Source: a virus
Length of the DNA stretch: 57,481 nt
Virus record (IMG/VR): IMGVR_UViG_3300045988_031383
Location: 1-57,481 of that record
Direction: 5' to 3' (one strand)
In this document: in pieces, positions 41,659-51,208 of the stretch
Numbering within the stretch: the stretch's first letter is position 1
Layout: each line of letters begins with the position of its first letter
Made by a program: the position numbers and the translations under genes
The notes under the pieces: model-generated
Database searches by the model: none
Told to the model about the DNA's origin: nothing
What the model saw: the letters and a program-made list of their open reading frames with translations, nothing else

Positions 41659-44600
41659 ATGGATTTTTTGGACGTCACCGTCAAAAAGTTCACTTCCAAT
41701 AACAGATCGTGTGATTACGAGGTGTCGCCCGACTTCATTTTTGGTGATGCCAAAGATTTAGTCGTAAAGGGTGGCAAGTTCTACGCTTATTGGAATGGAC
41801 ATAGATGGGACACATTACAACGAAACTTATTTCACGATATTGATAGTCTATTGTGGAATGAAGCAAAAGAACTTCGAGAGAAGAACCCTGGGTTAAGAAT
41901 TGAAGTAAAAGAAATTCGGAAAGCTTCTGGTGGAAAGTTCCGATTATTTATTGACTATTGTAAAGCCACCGAACAGAATGATATTCCATTCAATCAGAAA
42001 GTATTGTTCGCTGATCATAAAATGCAGAGACGAGATTATGCAACTTCACAATTATCGTATTCTCCAACTGAAGGAGAACCCGTAGCATTTATGAAATTGC
42101 TCGGCACTTTATATGCCCCAGCAGAACTAGACAAGATTCTTTGGTTCATGGGCGCCTTATTTACCAACAACATGTACAAGATCGAAAAGTTCATGTATTT
42201 GTATGGTTCAAAAGGTAGTGGTAAAGGAACTGTACTCAAGATATTCAGATGGTTGTTTGAAGATTATTGCGGAACTATCGATTTGAAATTACTTACCAGT
42301 AACGACCCATTCGCAACTGGACAAATTAAAGAAGTTCCATTGTTGATTGATGAAGATACAGACATCAGTCATATTTATAATGACACCCCATTATTGAAAC
42401 TGACAAGTCATGAAACTATTTCTGTCAACCAAAAGTACAAAGAACAATATGACGTTACATTTAGCGGTTTACTTATTACTGCATCAAACCAACGATATAA
42501 AGTTCGAAATGTCGACTCAGGTATTACTAGACGTGCCGTGGTTGTAAATCCAAGTGGCAACAAAGTTCCCCATAAAGATTATATTTCGTTGATGAATCAA
42601 ATCAAATACGAGTTACCCTATATTGCTAATATCGCAATTAGTCGATTTGAGCAATTAGGATTCGATTATTTTGATGATTACTTCGACGTTGACATGGCCG
42701 AGCAGACAGACCATATCTTTGATTTTATTCGAAGTGAAGCGATGCAAATGAAAGATGGTATTAGTCTTAAACAAATTTCGGAGCTTTACAAGAATTATCT
42801 TGAAGACATGGGATGGAAAACTGATGGATATAAAGCCACGATCAAACGTGAAGCCCTTAGATATTTTGATACGATGGTTAAAGATACAAACATCGATGGC
42901 GTTCGTATTAAGAATTTCTTTAAAGGTTTCCGATGGTCTATAGCATTTCCCGAAGGTGTCGTCTCCGAGGACATTACAGAGAATAAAGTTATAGATTGGC
43001 TAGACTTTTGTTATCGTAATGAGGTGTTTAATAAATTAGCTGAAAATTACCCGGCACAAGAAGCTTTAAGTAATGGTAACCCGTCAAAGAAATGGGATGA
43101 GGTTACCACAACTCTAAAAGAAATTAATACCAAGAAATTGCACTGGGTTAAAGTTCCACTACAACATATTGTTCTCGACTTTGATATAAAGGACGAGAAT
43201 GGAGAGAAAAGTTTAGAGCTTAATAAAAAAGCTGCAGCGAAGTATCCACAAACATATGCCGAAGTATCTAAATCTGGGAAGGGAATTCATCTACATTATT
43301 TGTACGATGGTGATGTTAATAAATTAGACAACCTAGTTGAAGATAATGTCGAAATTAAAGTTTATAAAGGGAAGGCGTCTTTACGAAGGATTGATAATGC
43401 ATCGAATGATCTTGAAGTATCTCATATTTCGTCGGGATTGCCGATGAAAGAGAAGAAGGAGATAGTGATGTACGACACTGTAAAAGATATTACCTATACG
43501 GAGAAGACCCTCCGAAAATTCGTTAAGAAACAGTTAGGACTAATTCCGGGAGAAAAACCGAGCCACGCAAATACGAAACCAACGATCGATTGGATTGCTC
43601 ACGAAATTCATAAAGCATACGACATGGGATTACAATACGATATTACAGACTTGAAGCATTCAGTATTTCTTCGAGCATTACAATCCTCTAACCAAAAAGA
43701 TTATTGCTTGGAAGTATTTTCCAAAATCCCATGGTCTTCAATTCGAGATGACGATGGGAAGACAGAATACGAATTGACAACTGGTACACAAATTGTGGCC
43801 AAGGAAGAAATTGTGTTCTTCGATATTGAGGTATATCCAAATCTGTTTGTCGTTGTGTGGAAGAAATATGGTGAAGACGAATTCACTCGTTGGGTAAATC
43901 CTACTCCGGATCAAATTGAGTACTTGTGTACATTTCCTCTGATTGGTTTCAACAATCGTCGATACGATAATCATATCTTGTATGCTCGGTTACTTGGTGG
44001 AACCAATATGGAATTATTTAATCAGTCGCAACGTATCATCAATGAAAAGAATGCGAAGACTGGAATGTATGCTGCAGCTTATGAATTAAGTTATGCCGAT
44101 ATTTACGAGTACTCACAAAAGAAACAATCATTGAAACGTTGGGAAGTTGATTTAGGAATTAAACACGTTGAGATGGAAATTCCCTGGGATCAACCAGTGC
44201 CTGACGATTTAGTTGACACTGTTGTGGAATACTGTGTAAATGACGTGGACGCAACTGAGAAAGTATTCGATGCAACCTATGCAGATTATATTGCTCGAGA
44301 AATTCTTGCGACCATTACAGGCGGAAGTATGAATGCGACAAATAATCAGCTTACCGCTCGATTCATTTTCGGAGATGATCCTCGTCCTCAGGATAAATTT
44401 AATTATGTAAAATTAGCTGAGACATTCCCTGGATACGAATACAAGTTCGGTAAATCTACATATCGTGGATTTGAAACTGGTGAAGGTGGATTTGTATATG
44501 CTGAACCAGGAGTATATAAAGATATTGCCCTGATCGACGTTGAGTCAATGCACCCGAACAGTTTGGTTAATATGAATTACTTCGGACCATATACTCAACG

Positions 44601-45480
44601 ATATGCTGACTTGCTGAAAGTTCGCATTTTGCTCAAGCATGGAAAGATTGACGAAGTTAAACAAATGTTTAATGGATCTTTGGCTCCGTTCTTGGACGAT
44701 GATCAATATATGAAACCGTTGGTTACTGCTTTGAAGATTGTTATTAATTCGGTTTACGGAATGACTTCCGCTTCGTTTGATAATAAATTCAAGCACCCAG
44801 ACAATATTGATAACATCGTCGCAAAACGTGGAGCTTTATTCATGGTCGATCTTAAATTCGCAGTTGAGGCTGAGGGATATCAGGTCTGTCATATTAAGAC
44901 CGACTCAATTAAAATTCCTAACGCTGATGATTATATCGTTGACTTCGTTATGAAATTCGGTAAACGCCCAGAGTACAATTATAATTTTGACCACGAGCAC
45001 ACATATAAACGCATGGCCCTTATTAACAATGCCGTTTATATTGCTCAACTTGAAGACGACAAGTGGGCGCCAACAGGAGCTGAGTTCGCAAATCCATATC
45101 TACTTAAGCGGGTATGGACAAAAGAAGAATTGGTTGATAAAGATTTCTTCATCACCAAACAATCCAAAGGTCATATCTATCTTGGAAACGAGTTTGTTGG
45201 AAAAGTTGGATCTATTTATGCATCTCTCACTGGAGAAGAATGCATGTGGACTGAAGATAACGAGAACTTTAAATCCGTTACGGGTACAAAAGGATTCAAA
45301 TTCAAACAAACTTCAGAATTCAACTATGAAGATATCGACTTTGACTACTACGATAAGGTTGCTATTGCTGGTCTTAAGAAAATTATTAAGGTTGGTGATA
45401 TTAATCAAATCGTTGACGACATGCCGAAGGATTATATTGAGCCATTAGGTCTCAATGAGCAAAATTCTGAGGTTGCTTAA
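41659..45480 (+). CDS. Fusion of an SF3 (D5/P4-type) helicase, an AEP PrimPol and a family-B DNA polymerase with 3'-5' exonuclease (1273 aa)
   Basis: Walker A GSKGSGKGT (aa ~183) and Walker B LLIDEDTD with ..LKLTSHETISVNQKYKEQ..GITRRAVVV. PrimPol motifs VLDFDIKD (aa ~506) and SKSGKGIHLHY (aa ~540). ExoI FFDIEVYP (D722/E724), ExoII NNRRYD, ExoIII YCVNDVDAT. PolB motif A DVESMHPNS (aa ~960), motif B KIVINSVYG (aa ~1026), motif C KTDS (aa ~1080). Confidence 0.85.
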   Translation: MDFLDVTVKKFTSNNRSCDYEVSPDFIFGDAKDLVVKGGKFYAYWNGHRWDTLQRNLFHDIDSLLWNEAKELREKNPGLRIEVKEIRKASGGKFRLFIDYCKATEQNDIPFNQKVLFADHKMQRRDYATSQLSYSPTEGEPVAFMKLLGTLYAPAELDKILWFMGALFTNNMYKIEKFMYLYGSKGSGKGTVLKIFRWLFEDYCGTIDLKLLTSNDPFATGQIKEVPLLIDEDTDISHIYNDTPLLKLTSHETISVNQKYKEQYDVTFSGLLITASNQRYKVRNVDSGITRRAVVVNPSGNKVPHKDYISLMNQIKYELPYIANIAISRFEQLGFDYFDDYFDVDMAEQTDHIFDFIRSEAMQMKDGISLKQISELYKNYLEDMGWKTDGYKATIKREALRYFDTMVKDTNIDGVRIKNFFKGFRWSIAFPEGVVSEDITENKVIDWLDFCYRNEVFNKLAENYPAQEALSNGNPSKKWDEVTTTLKEINTKKLHWVKVPLQHIVLDFDIKDENGEKSLELNKKAAAKYPQTYAEVSKSGKGIHLHYLYDGDVNKLDNLVEDNVEIKVYKGKASLRRIDNASNDLEVSHISSGLPMKEKKEIVMYDTVKDITYTEKTLRKFVKKQLGLIPGEKPSHANTKPTIDWIAHEIHKAYDMGLQYDITDLKHSVFLRALQSSNQKDYCLEVFSKIPWSSIRDDDGKTEYELTTGTQIVAKEEIVFFDIEVYPNLFVVVWKKYGEDEFTRWVNPTPDQIEYLCTFPLIGFNNRRYDNHILYARLLGGTNMELFNQSQRIINEKNAKTGMYAAAYELSYADIYEYSQKKQSLKRWEVDLGIKHVEMEIPWDQPVPDDLVDTVVEYCVNDVDATEKVFDATYADYIAREILATITGGSMNATNNQLTARFIFGDDPRPQDKFNYVKLAETFPGYEYKFGKSTYRGFETGEGGFVYAEPGVYKDIALIDVESMHPNSLVNMNYFGPYTQRYADLLKVRILLKHGKIDEVKQMFNGSLAPFLDDDQYMKPLVTALKIVINSVYGMTSASFDNKFKHPDNIDNIVAKRGALFMVDLKFAVEAEGYQVCHIKTDSIKIPNADDYIVDFVMKFGKRPEYNYNFDHEHTYKRMALINNAVYIAQLEDDKWAPTGAEFANPYLLKRVWTKEELVDKDFFITKQSKGHIYLGNEFVGKVGSIYASLTGEECMWTEDNENFKSVTGTKGFKFKQTSEFNYEDIDFDYYDKVAIAGLKKIIKVGDINQIVDDMPKDYIEPLGLNEQNSEVA

Positions 45481-45512
45481 AATTGATTTTCGCGCAGGGT
45501 CATTTTGGACCC

Positions 45513-45536
45513 CGCAGAAATTACATGGCACATAAT
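45513..45536 (+). promoter_or_regulatory. Promoter P6 (CGCAG-N13-CATAAT)
   Basis: cgcagaaattacatggcacataat, preceded by the inverted repeat GGGTC attttg GACCC. Confidence 0.6.
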
Positions 45537-45537
45537 A

Positions 45538-45586
45538 GAGAGGGAAGTGGAAAAAACTCGAATTTTTCACTCCTCTCATTGTTTTT
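45538..45586 (+). terminator. Promoter-proximal hairpin plus T-tract (leader terminator / attenuator, or short RNA)
   Basis: GAGAGG..AGTG.AAAAA (45538-55) pairs with TTTTTCACTCCTCTC (45563-77) with two bulges, followed by ATTGTTTTT. Confidence 0.55.
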
Positions 45587-45620
45587 GAGTCACGCACGTC
45601 ATTTTAGAAAGGACATTACT

Positions 45621-46157
45621 ATGACTAAATTATTGCAAGCTTCAAATTCACAAATCATTTTGGAAGACGTTCAGTTTATGTTTAAACCGAACTTCGCAGG
45701 ACGACAAGAGAAATACAATCGTGAAGGCGATCGTTATTTCAACGTTGTTGTCAATCCTGAAGACGCGGATATTCTTCGGCAGTATGGAGTTAACGTAAAA
45801 GTATGGGAACCCAAAGCCAAAGATGCGGAAATGGAAAAGAAGATGGCCGAGAATCCTGACATGTACGAACCACAATGTTATTTCAAGGTTCGTGTATATA
45901 CTCAATTCTCAGTTCCATCAGTAGCTATCATTTATGATGACGGTGAAACTCCAATTGACGCCCCTATCGATCCAAGCCAACGTACATATTTCAACGAAGA
46001 TCAACTTGGTCTTATTGATGAAATGGAAATTGCCTTGTGCGATATGGTTATCCGTCGCCGCGAGCCAAGTGAAGATGGGACATATGCTCGTCTTGACTTG
46101 AAGAGTGCTTATATTCGCGTCGCAGCAAATCCACTTGAACGTAAGTATGGATTTTAA
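45621..46157 (+). CDS. Putative ssDNA-binding protein (DUF2815 / gp2.5-like)
   Basis: GAAAGGACATTACT upstream of ATG 45621. 178 aa. It sits between the polymerase and helicase, as in the DUF2800/DUF2815 replication modules of Bacillota phages. No diagnostic motif, so this is a synteny-based call. Confidence 0.45.
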   Translation: MTKLLQASNSQIILEDVQFMFKPNFAGRQEKYNREGDRYFNVVVNPEDADILRQYGVNVKVWEPKAKDAEMEKKMAENPDMYEPQCYFKVRVYTQFSVPSVAIIYDDGETPIDAPIDPSQRTYFNEDQLGLIDEMEIALCDMVIRRREPSEDGTYARLDLKSAYIRVAANPLERKYGF

Positions 46158-47332
46158 TGACTATTGAGTTATACGACTATCAGCGTAGGGCAGTTGATAG
46201 TATGCATAACGGATCTGTTTTGTGCGGGAAGGTCGGTTCTGGTAAATCCTTGACCGGCCTATTTTATTATATGGAGAACCATATTGATAAGCCGCTGTAT
46301 ATTATTACAGTTGCCAAGAAACGAAACGATCGTGAATGGCATAGAGATTTTGAAGCCTTAGGAATAAATGGTGTTGTCGATTCATGGAATAACATCAACA
46401 AGTATTCCGACGTAAAAGATGCGTTCTTTATTTTTGACGAACAAAGAGCGATTGGATACGGAACATGGGGAATGGCATTTATATCAATTGCCAGAAAGAA
46501 TAAATGGATAATGCTCACCGCGACGCCTGGTGATGTTTGGATGGATTGGATGTGTATTTTCATAGCCAATAATTTCTATCGAAACAAAACCGATTTTGTT
46601 GAACAACATGTCGAGTACAATCCATATTCAAAATTCCCTCAAATCAAGCGATATCATAAAACAGATAAGCTTGAAAGATACAGACGATATCTTGCAGTGC
46701 CCATGGAAGATTTTAGAACTACAAAAGTTCATCGTCAATTTATTACTGCTCAGTATGATAAAGAATTATATGAGCAAGTAAAGAAAACCAGGTTCAATCC
46801 ATTTACGGAAGAACCAATACAAAATGCTTCCGAGTTTACTCAAGTATTACGTCGTATAGTAAATACTAGCGATCGTAGGCGAGCAAATGTGAAGCAACAA
46901 ATTATGACTCGTGATCGAATCATAGTTTTCTACAACTATACCTATGAGCTTGATATTCTCAAAGAGATTTGTCAAGAATTAAATAGGGCATTTTATCAAT
47001 GGAACGGCAGTAAACATGAGCCAATACCTGATACCGATAGTTGGGTATATCTGGTTCAGTACACGGCCGGGGCTGAGGGATGGAATTGTATAACTACTGA
47101 CACGATTTTATTCTATTCGTTAAATTATTCCTATCGAATTATGGAACAATCCGAAGGACGAATTAATCGAGTGAATACCTCCTTTAAAGATCTTTTCTAC
47201 ATTTATATGAAATCCCCAGCCTCAATTGATGATGCTATCGCTAGATCTATATCTAGCAAAAAGAAATTTAACGAAAGGAATTGGGTGACCCACGAATGTC
47301 CAAATTGGAGCGAGATTTTCAAAAAGGATTGA
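46157..47332 (+). CDS. SF2 (DEAD/SNF2-like) DNA helicase
   Basis: Motif I GKVGSGKS, motif II FIFDEQ, motif III LTATPG, motif VI QSEGRINR. Confidence 0.85.
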   Translation: MTIELYDYQRRAVDSMHNGSVLCGKVGSGKSLTGLFYYMENHIDKPLYIITVAKKRNDREWHRDFEALGINGVVDSWNNINKYSDVKDAFFIFDEQRAIGYGTWGMAFISIARKNKWIMLTATPGDVWMDWMCIFIANNFYRNKTDFVEQHVEYNPYSKFPQIKRYHKTDKLERYRRYLAVPMEDFRTTKVHRQFITAQYDKELYEQVKKTRFNPFTEEPIQNASEFTQVLRRIVNTSDRRRANVKQQIMTRDRIIVFYNYTYELDILKEICQELNRAFYQWNGSKHEPIPDTDSWVYLVQYTAGAEGWNCITTDTILFYSLNYSYRIMEQSEGRINRVNTSFKDLFYIYMKSPASIDDAIARSISSKKKFNERNWVTHECPNWSEIFKKD

Positions 47333-47601
47333 TTAAAGACATCAAGCAGTTATTTCCTAACGCGATTGTCAAGAAGAATGATCCAAACTATATTCAAGGA
47401 ATTCCTGACCTGTCTGTGGATGTCGGGCCATATTCCTATCACTTAGAGTGCAAGAAAAGCGCCAAGAGTCCGTTTAGACCAAATCAAGAGTATTATCTTG
47501 AGCAGTACAATAAAAACGGAGGATGGGCGAGAGTGATTTATCCGGAGAATAAGGAGGATGTTCTGCATGAAATGGAACAGACACATCGAATACGAGGGTA
47601 A
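47296..47601 (+). CDS. VRR-NUC domain nuclease
   Basis: ..IQGIPDLSV...YHLECKKS....RPNQ....YNKNGGWARVIY.. matches the D..(E)xK..Q pattern of VRR-NUC. ATG at 47296. Confidence 0.7.
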   Translation: MSKLERDFQKGLIKDIKQLFPNAIVKKNDPNYIQGIPDLSVDVGPYSYHLECKKSAKSPFRPNQEYYLEQYNKNGGWARVIYPENKEDVLHEMEQTHRIRG

Positions 47602-48142
47602 GCACTCATTTTTAAGTGCTAGTCAGTGTCACTGGTTAAATTACAGTCCAGAGAAATTGGTTGAGCGTTTTGAAAACGAAAAAGCTAAACAACGAGGAAC
47701 AGAATTACACGAATTTGCGAGTCATGCGATTCAACATAGAATTAAATTACTCCCAGGTAATACTCATCCAGCTGTGGCTAATTTCGTAAATGATGCAATC
47801 GGATATCGCATGGATAGTGAAGTACTATTATTTTACAGTCCATATGCATTCGGTACAGCAGATGCTATCCGATATGATCCGCCAAAGAAAGATAATCCAC
47901 GAGGATTTCTTAGAATTCATGATTTGAAGACTGGAGTATCCAAACCAAAGATGGAACAGCTATTAGTTTATGCTGCTTATTTCTGTCTTGAGTATGGCGT
48001 TAAACCTGAGAAAACTGATTTTGAACTTCGTATTTATCAAGGCGATGATATTCGTACATATATTCCAGAGGCGGAAGATGTGTATGATGTATATCACACA
48101 ATTAAAGAATTCAGTGGAATACTTGAAAGCAAACCGAGGTAA
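47567..48142 (+). CDS. PD-(D/E)XK nuclease (DUF2800 / RecB-Cas4-like exonuclease)
   Basis: ..HSFLSASQCHWLNYSPEKL.., ..GTADAI.. and ..IHDLKTG.. (D...DxK). GGAGG lies 9 nt upstream of ATG 47567. Confidence 0.7.
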   Translation: MKWNRHIEYEGKHSFLSASQCHWLNYSPEKLVERFENEKAKQRGTELHEFASHAIQHRIKLLPGNTHPAVANFVNDAIGYRMDSEVLLFYSPYAFGTADAIRYDPPKKDNPRGFLRIHDLKTGVSKPKMEQLLVYAAYFCLEYGVKPEKTDFELRIYQGDDIRTYIPEAEDVYDVYHTIKEFSGILESKPR

Positions 48143-48145
48143 ATA

Positions 48146-50791
48146 ATGAATCTTGAAGATGCATATAATGATTTTCTAGAACATAGAGGAACTCCTCACC
48201 AAGGATCTATTCCACATAGTGGACGATTTGCTTGGGGTTCGGGAGAGAATTCATATCAACGTGCGACTTCCTGGTCAGATGTCGTTGCTAAATACCGTAA
48301 GAGCGGATTAACTGATACTCAAATTTCTATGAAGCTTGGTATCACAACGACCGAATTCCGTTCTCGTAATAATATTGCCAAGCACGAAATTCGTAAATAC
48401 AACATTAGTCGTATTCAAGAATTATCTGCAAAAGGCATGACTTCTATTGAGATTTCTCGGGCAACTGGTATTCCAGAATCTACAGTTCGTATGAATTTGG
48501 ATGCTAAAGTTCGTCATAATGTAAATCGAATGGAAGAAATTAAGACTGATATTAAGGGATTGATTGAAAAGAATCCATATCTTGACGTTGGTCTTGGTGC
48601 AGCTCAACAATTAGGAGTAAATGAGAATACTCTTAAACGTGCGGTACAACAATTAGAATCCGAAGGATATCACAAACATACAGTATATGTTAAGAATGCT
48701 ACAAATGATGATCACTGGGTCGAAATGAAAGTTCTTACAAAAGAATCAGATCCAAATGTTGTTCGTGAACATAAGCATGAAATCAAACCACCATTTATTT
48801 CTGAGACTGATGATGGAAAAAGTGTATTAGGATTACGTCCAATTGAACATGTTGATTGGAAACGTGTAGGAATTCGATATGCTGAACAAGGTGGTACGGA
48901 TAAAGATGGTGTAATGGAATTACGTCCAGGAGTAAAAGATCTTGATCTTGGTAAATCCCGTTATGCTCAAGTTCGTATTGGTGTAAATGGTACGCATTAT
49001 CTTAAAGGTATGGCTGTTTATGGAGATCCAAAAGATTTTCCAAAAGGCGTCGATATTATTTTCAATACCAATAAACATAAAGGTACTGCAAAAGAAGATG
49101 TCTTGAAGAAATTAAAGGACGATCCAGATAATCCATTCGGTGCAACAATTAAAGTTGGTGGACAAAAAGGTGCTATCAACAAAGTAAATGAAGAAGGTGA
49201 CTGGGCTAGCTGGTCTAAAACATTATCTTCTCAATTTGTTTCCAAACAACCACCAGCTTTGGTTAAAGGTCGTATTGATGAAACATATAAAAAGCTACAG
49301 AAAGAGTTTGATGAGATTTCTAATCTAACAAATCCTGTAGTTAAACGTGTAATGATGCAGGATTTTGCTGATGGTCTTACAACCAAACGGCATAATCTTA
49401 AATTGACTGGGTTCGATAGAATGAAAGGTCAAGTATTATTACCTTTATCTGGAATTAAAGCTAACGAAATCTATGCTCCTAATTTTAAAAACGGTGAGAA
49501 AGTAGTTCTTGTTCGATATCCTCATGGTGGTATTTTCGAATTACCAGAATTAACTGTTAATAATAAATTAGGAAACACTGCAGCTAAATTCATGAAGGGC
49601 GCAAAAGATGCAGTCGGAATTGATTCGTCTGTTGCATCTAAATTATCTGGTGCTGATTTCGATGGTGACTCAGTTATGGTTATTCCTAATAATAAAAACG
49701 GAATTAAAACAAGTCGTTCATTAAAAGAATTAAAGAACTTTGATACGAACGATTATTATTCTCCAGATAAAAACATTTTAAATCGTAATTCAAAAGGTGA
49801 CTGGACAATTAAACAGAAAACGATGGGCGAAGTTTCAAATCTTATTACCGATATGACTTTGAAAGGAGCATCAAATAGTGAAATTGCTAGAGCCGTAAAG
49901 CATTCGATGGTCGTCATCGATGCTGAAAAACATAATTTAGATTATAAAAGATCTGAAAGAGAAAACGGTATTCCAGAATTACGAAAAAGATATCAGATGC
50001 ATTACGATGTTATTACTGGTACTACAAAAATGGGAGCCTCAACTCTTATTTCTAGATCAAAAACAGATCATAGAGAAACAGAGACCTGGGAAAAACCACG
50101 TACTGCAGAAGAACTAGCCGCAAATCCTAGATTGAAACCTACTGTTAAGAAAACTAAAACAGTTTCTACAGATAGTGTAATTGAACTAGTTGATGATGCT
50201 AAGAAACTAGGTTCTGGTACTCCTATTGAAAATATGTATGGAGATTATGTAAATGCTCTTGGTAAAATGAGGGATAAAGCTAATAAAATTGTAGAGACAT
50301 CTCCTAATCTTAAGCTCAGCAAAGAGGCAAGAGTTAAGTATAAGGATCAAGTTGAGTCTCTACAACACAAGCTTAATACTGCCCTTATGAACTCTCCTAA
50401 AGAACGTCAAGCTCAGCTCATAGCTAACAAAGCTATTGCTGATAAACGTACTCCTGAGATGGGTAAAGAACAACTTAAGAAGCTCAAACAACAGGCTATT
50501 GCAGCAGCCCGTCTAAAGACTGGTGCTGATGGAGCTGGTACTCGTATCAACATAGACAATGATGAGTGGCAAGCTATCCAGTCTGGTGCTGTAAGTACTA
50601 AGATGCTTACTGATGTACTACGCTTTGCTGATAGTGATCGTGTTAAGCAACTGGCTACACCTCGTAAAGAGAAGGCTATTAGTCTTGGTACAGCTAGCAG
50701 AGCTAGAGCTATGCTTAAGAGTGGTCACACCTATGCTGAAGTAGCGTCTGCTCTAGGTATCAGTGTGTCTACTGTGCAAGACCTATCATAG
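48146..50791 (+). CDS. Candidate single-subunit two-barrel (double-psi beta-barrel, YonO-like) RNA polymerase with N- and C-terminal HTH domains
   Basis: Beta-like motif KVGGQKGAINKVN (aa 336-348). Beta-prime-like motifs VRYPHGGIFELP (aa 456-467) and GADFDGDSVMVIP (aa 502-514, the DxDGD metal loop). HTH-like segments at aa ~55-75, ~98-116, ~148-170 and ~860-880. Confidence 0.6.
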   Translation: MNLEDAYNDFLEHRGTPHQGSIPHSGRFAWGSGENSYQRATSWSDVVAKYRKSGLTDTQISMKLGITTTEFRSRNNIAKHEIRKYNISRIQELSAKGMTSIEISRATGIPESTVRMNLDAKVRHNVNRMEEIKTDIKGLIEKNPYLDVGLGAAQQLGVNENTLKRAVQQLESEGYHKHTVYVKNATNDDHWVEMKVLTKESDPNVVREHKHEIKPPFISETDDGKSVLGLRPIEHVDWKRVGIRYAEQGGTDKDGVMELRPGVKDLDLGKSRYAQVRIGVNGTHYLKGMAVYGDPKDFPKGVDIIFNTNKHKGTAKEDVLKKLKDDPDNPFGATIKVGGQKGAINKVNEEGDWASWSKTLSSQFVSKQPPALVKGRIDETYKKLQKEFDEISNLTNPVVKRVMMQDFADGLTTKRHNLKLTGFDRMKGQVLLPLSGIKANEIYAPNFKNGEKVVLVRYPHGGIFELPELTVNNKLGNTAAKFMKGAKDAVGIDSSVASKLSGADFDGDSVMVIPNNKNGIKTSRSLKELKNFDTNDYYSPDKNILNRNSKGDWTIKQKTMGEVSNLITDMTLKGASNSEIARAVKHSMVVIDAEKHNLDYKRSERENGIPELRKRYQMHYDVITGTTKMGASTLISRSKTDHRETETWEKPRTAEELAANPRLKPTVKKTKTVSTDSVIELVDDAKKLGSGTPIENMYGDYVNALGKMRDKANKIVETSPNLKLSKEARVKYKDQVESLQHKLNTALMNSPKERQAQLIANKAIADKRTPEMGKEQLKKLKQQAIAAARLKTGADGAGTRINIDNDEWQAIQSGAVSTKMLTDVLRFADSDRVKQLATPRKEKAISLGTASRARAMLKSGHTYAEVASALGISVSTVQDLS

Positions 50792-50808
50792 AAAGGAGGA
50801 GCTAGTCC

Positions 50809-51183
50809 ATGACTACACAACAAGACACCGTTGACAACTCATCACTCTATGCTGATACAGTAACGAATGAAGAGTATAACAAAGCAGTAAGTATCAATGC
50901 TATGCTTACTACGTATGACAACCCATACAATCCATACACAGACTATGATGCTTGGTGGCAATGGGACAAAGAGAATGGTTACAACACGCCAGAACTCTTA
51001 GCGTTTGTAATGGGTGACACATCTAAAGCTTTAGATGAAGTAGAAGTAGCACAGATCCAAGCTACTGCTATGAACTACATCGTAGATGAAGGACCAATCG
51101 AAGACGTTTGGACATTCATCAAAGAAGATACAGCAACGCCCATTCGTTTACCGACATCAACGTCGACCGTGACAACGTTTTAA
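50809..51183 (+). CDS. Hypothetical acidic protein
   Basis: AAAGGAGGAGCTAGTCC upstream. 124 aa. Confidence 0.7.
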   Translation: MTTQQDTVDNSSLYADTVTNEEYNKAVSINAMLTTYDNPYNPYTDYDAWWQWDKENGYNTPELLAFVMGDTSKALDEVEVAQIQATAMNYIVDEGPIEDVWTFIKEDTATPIRLPTSTSTVTTF

Positions 51184-51208
51184 ATGAAATAAAACGAGTC
51201 ACAAAATG

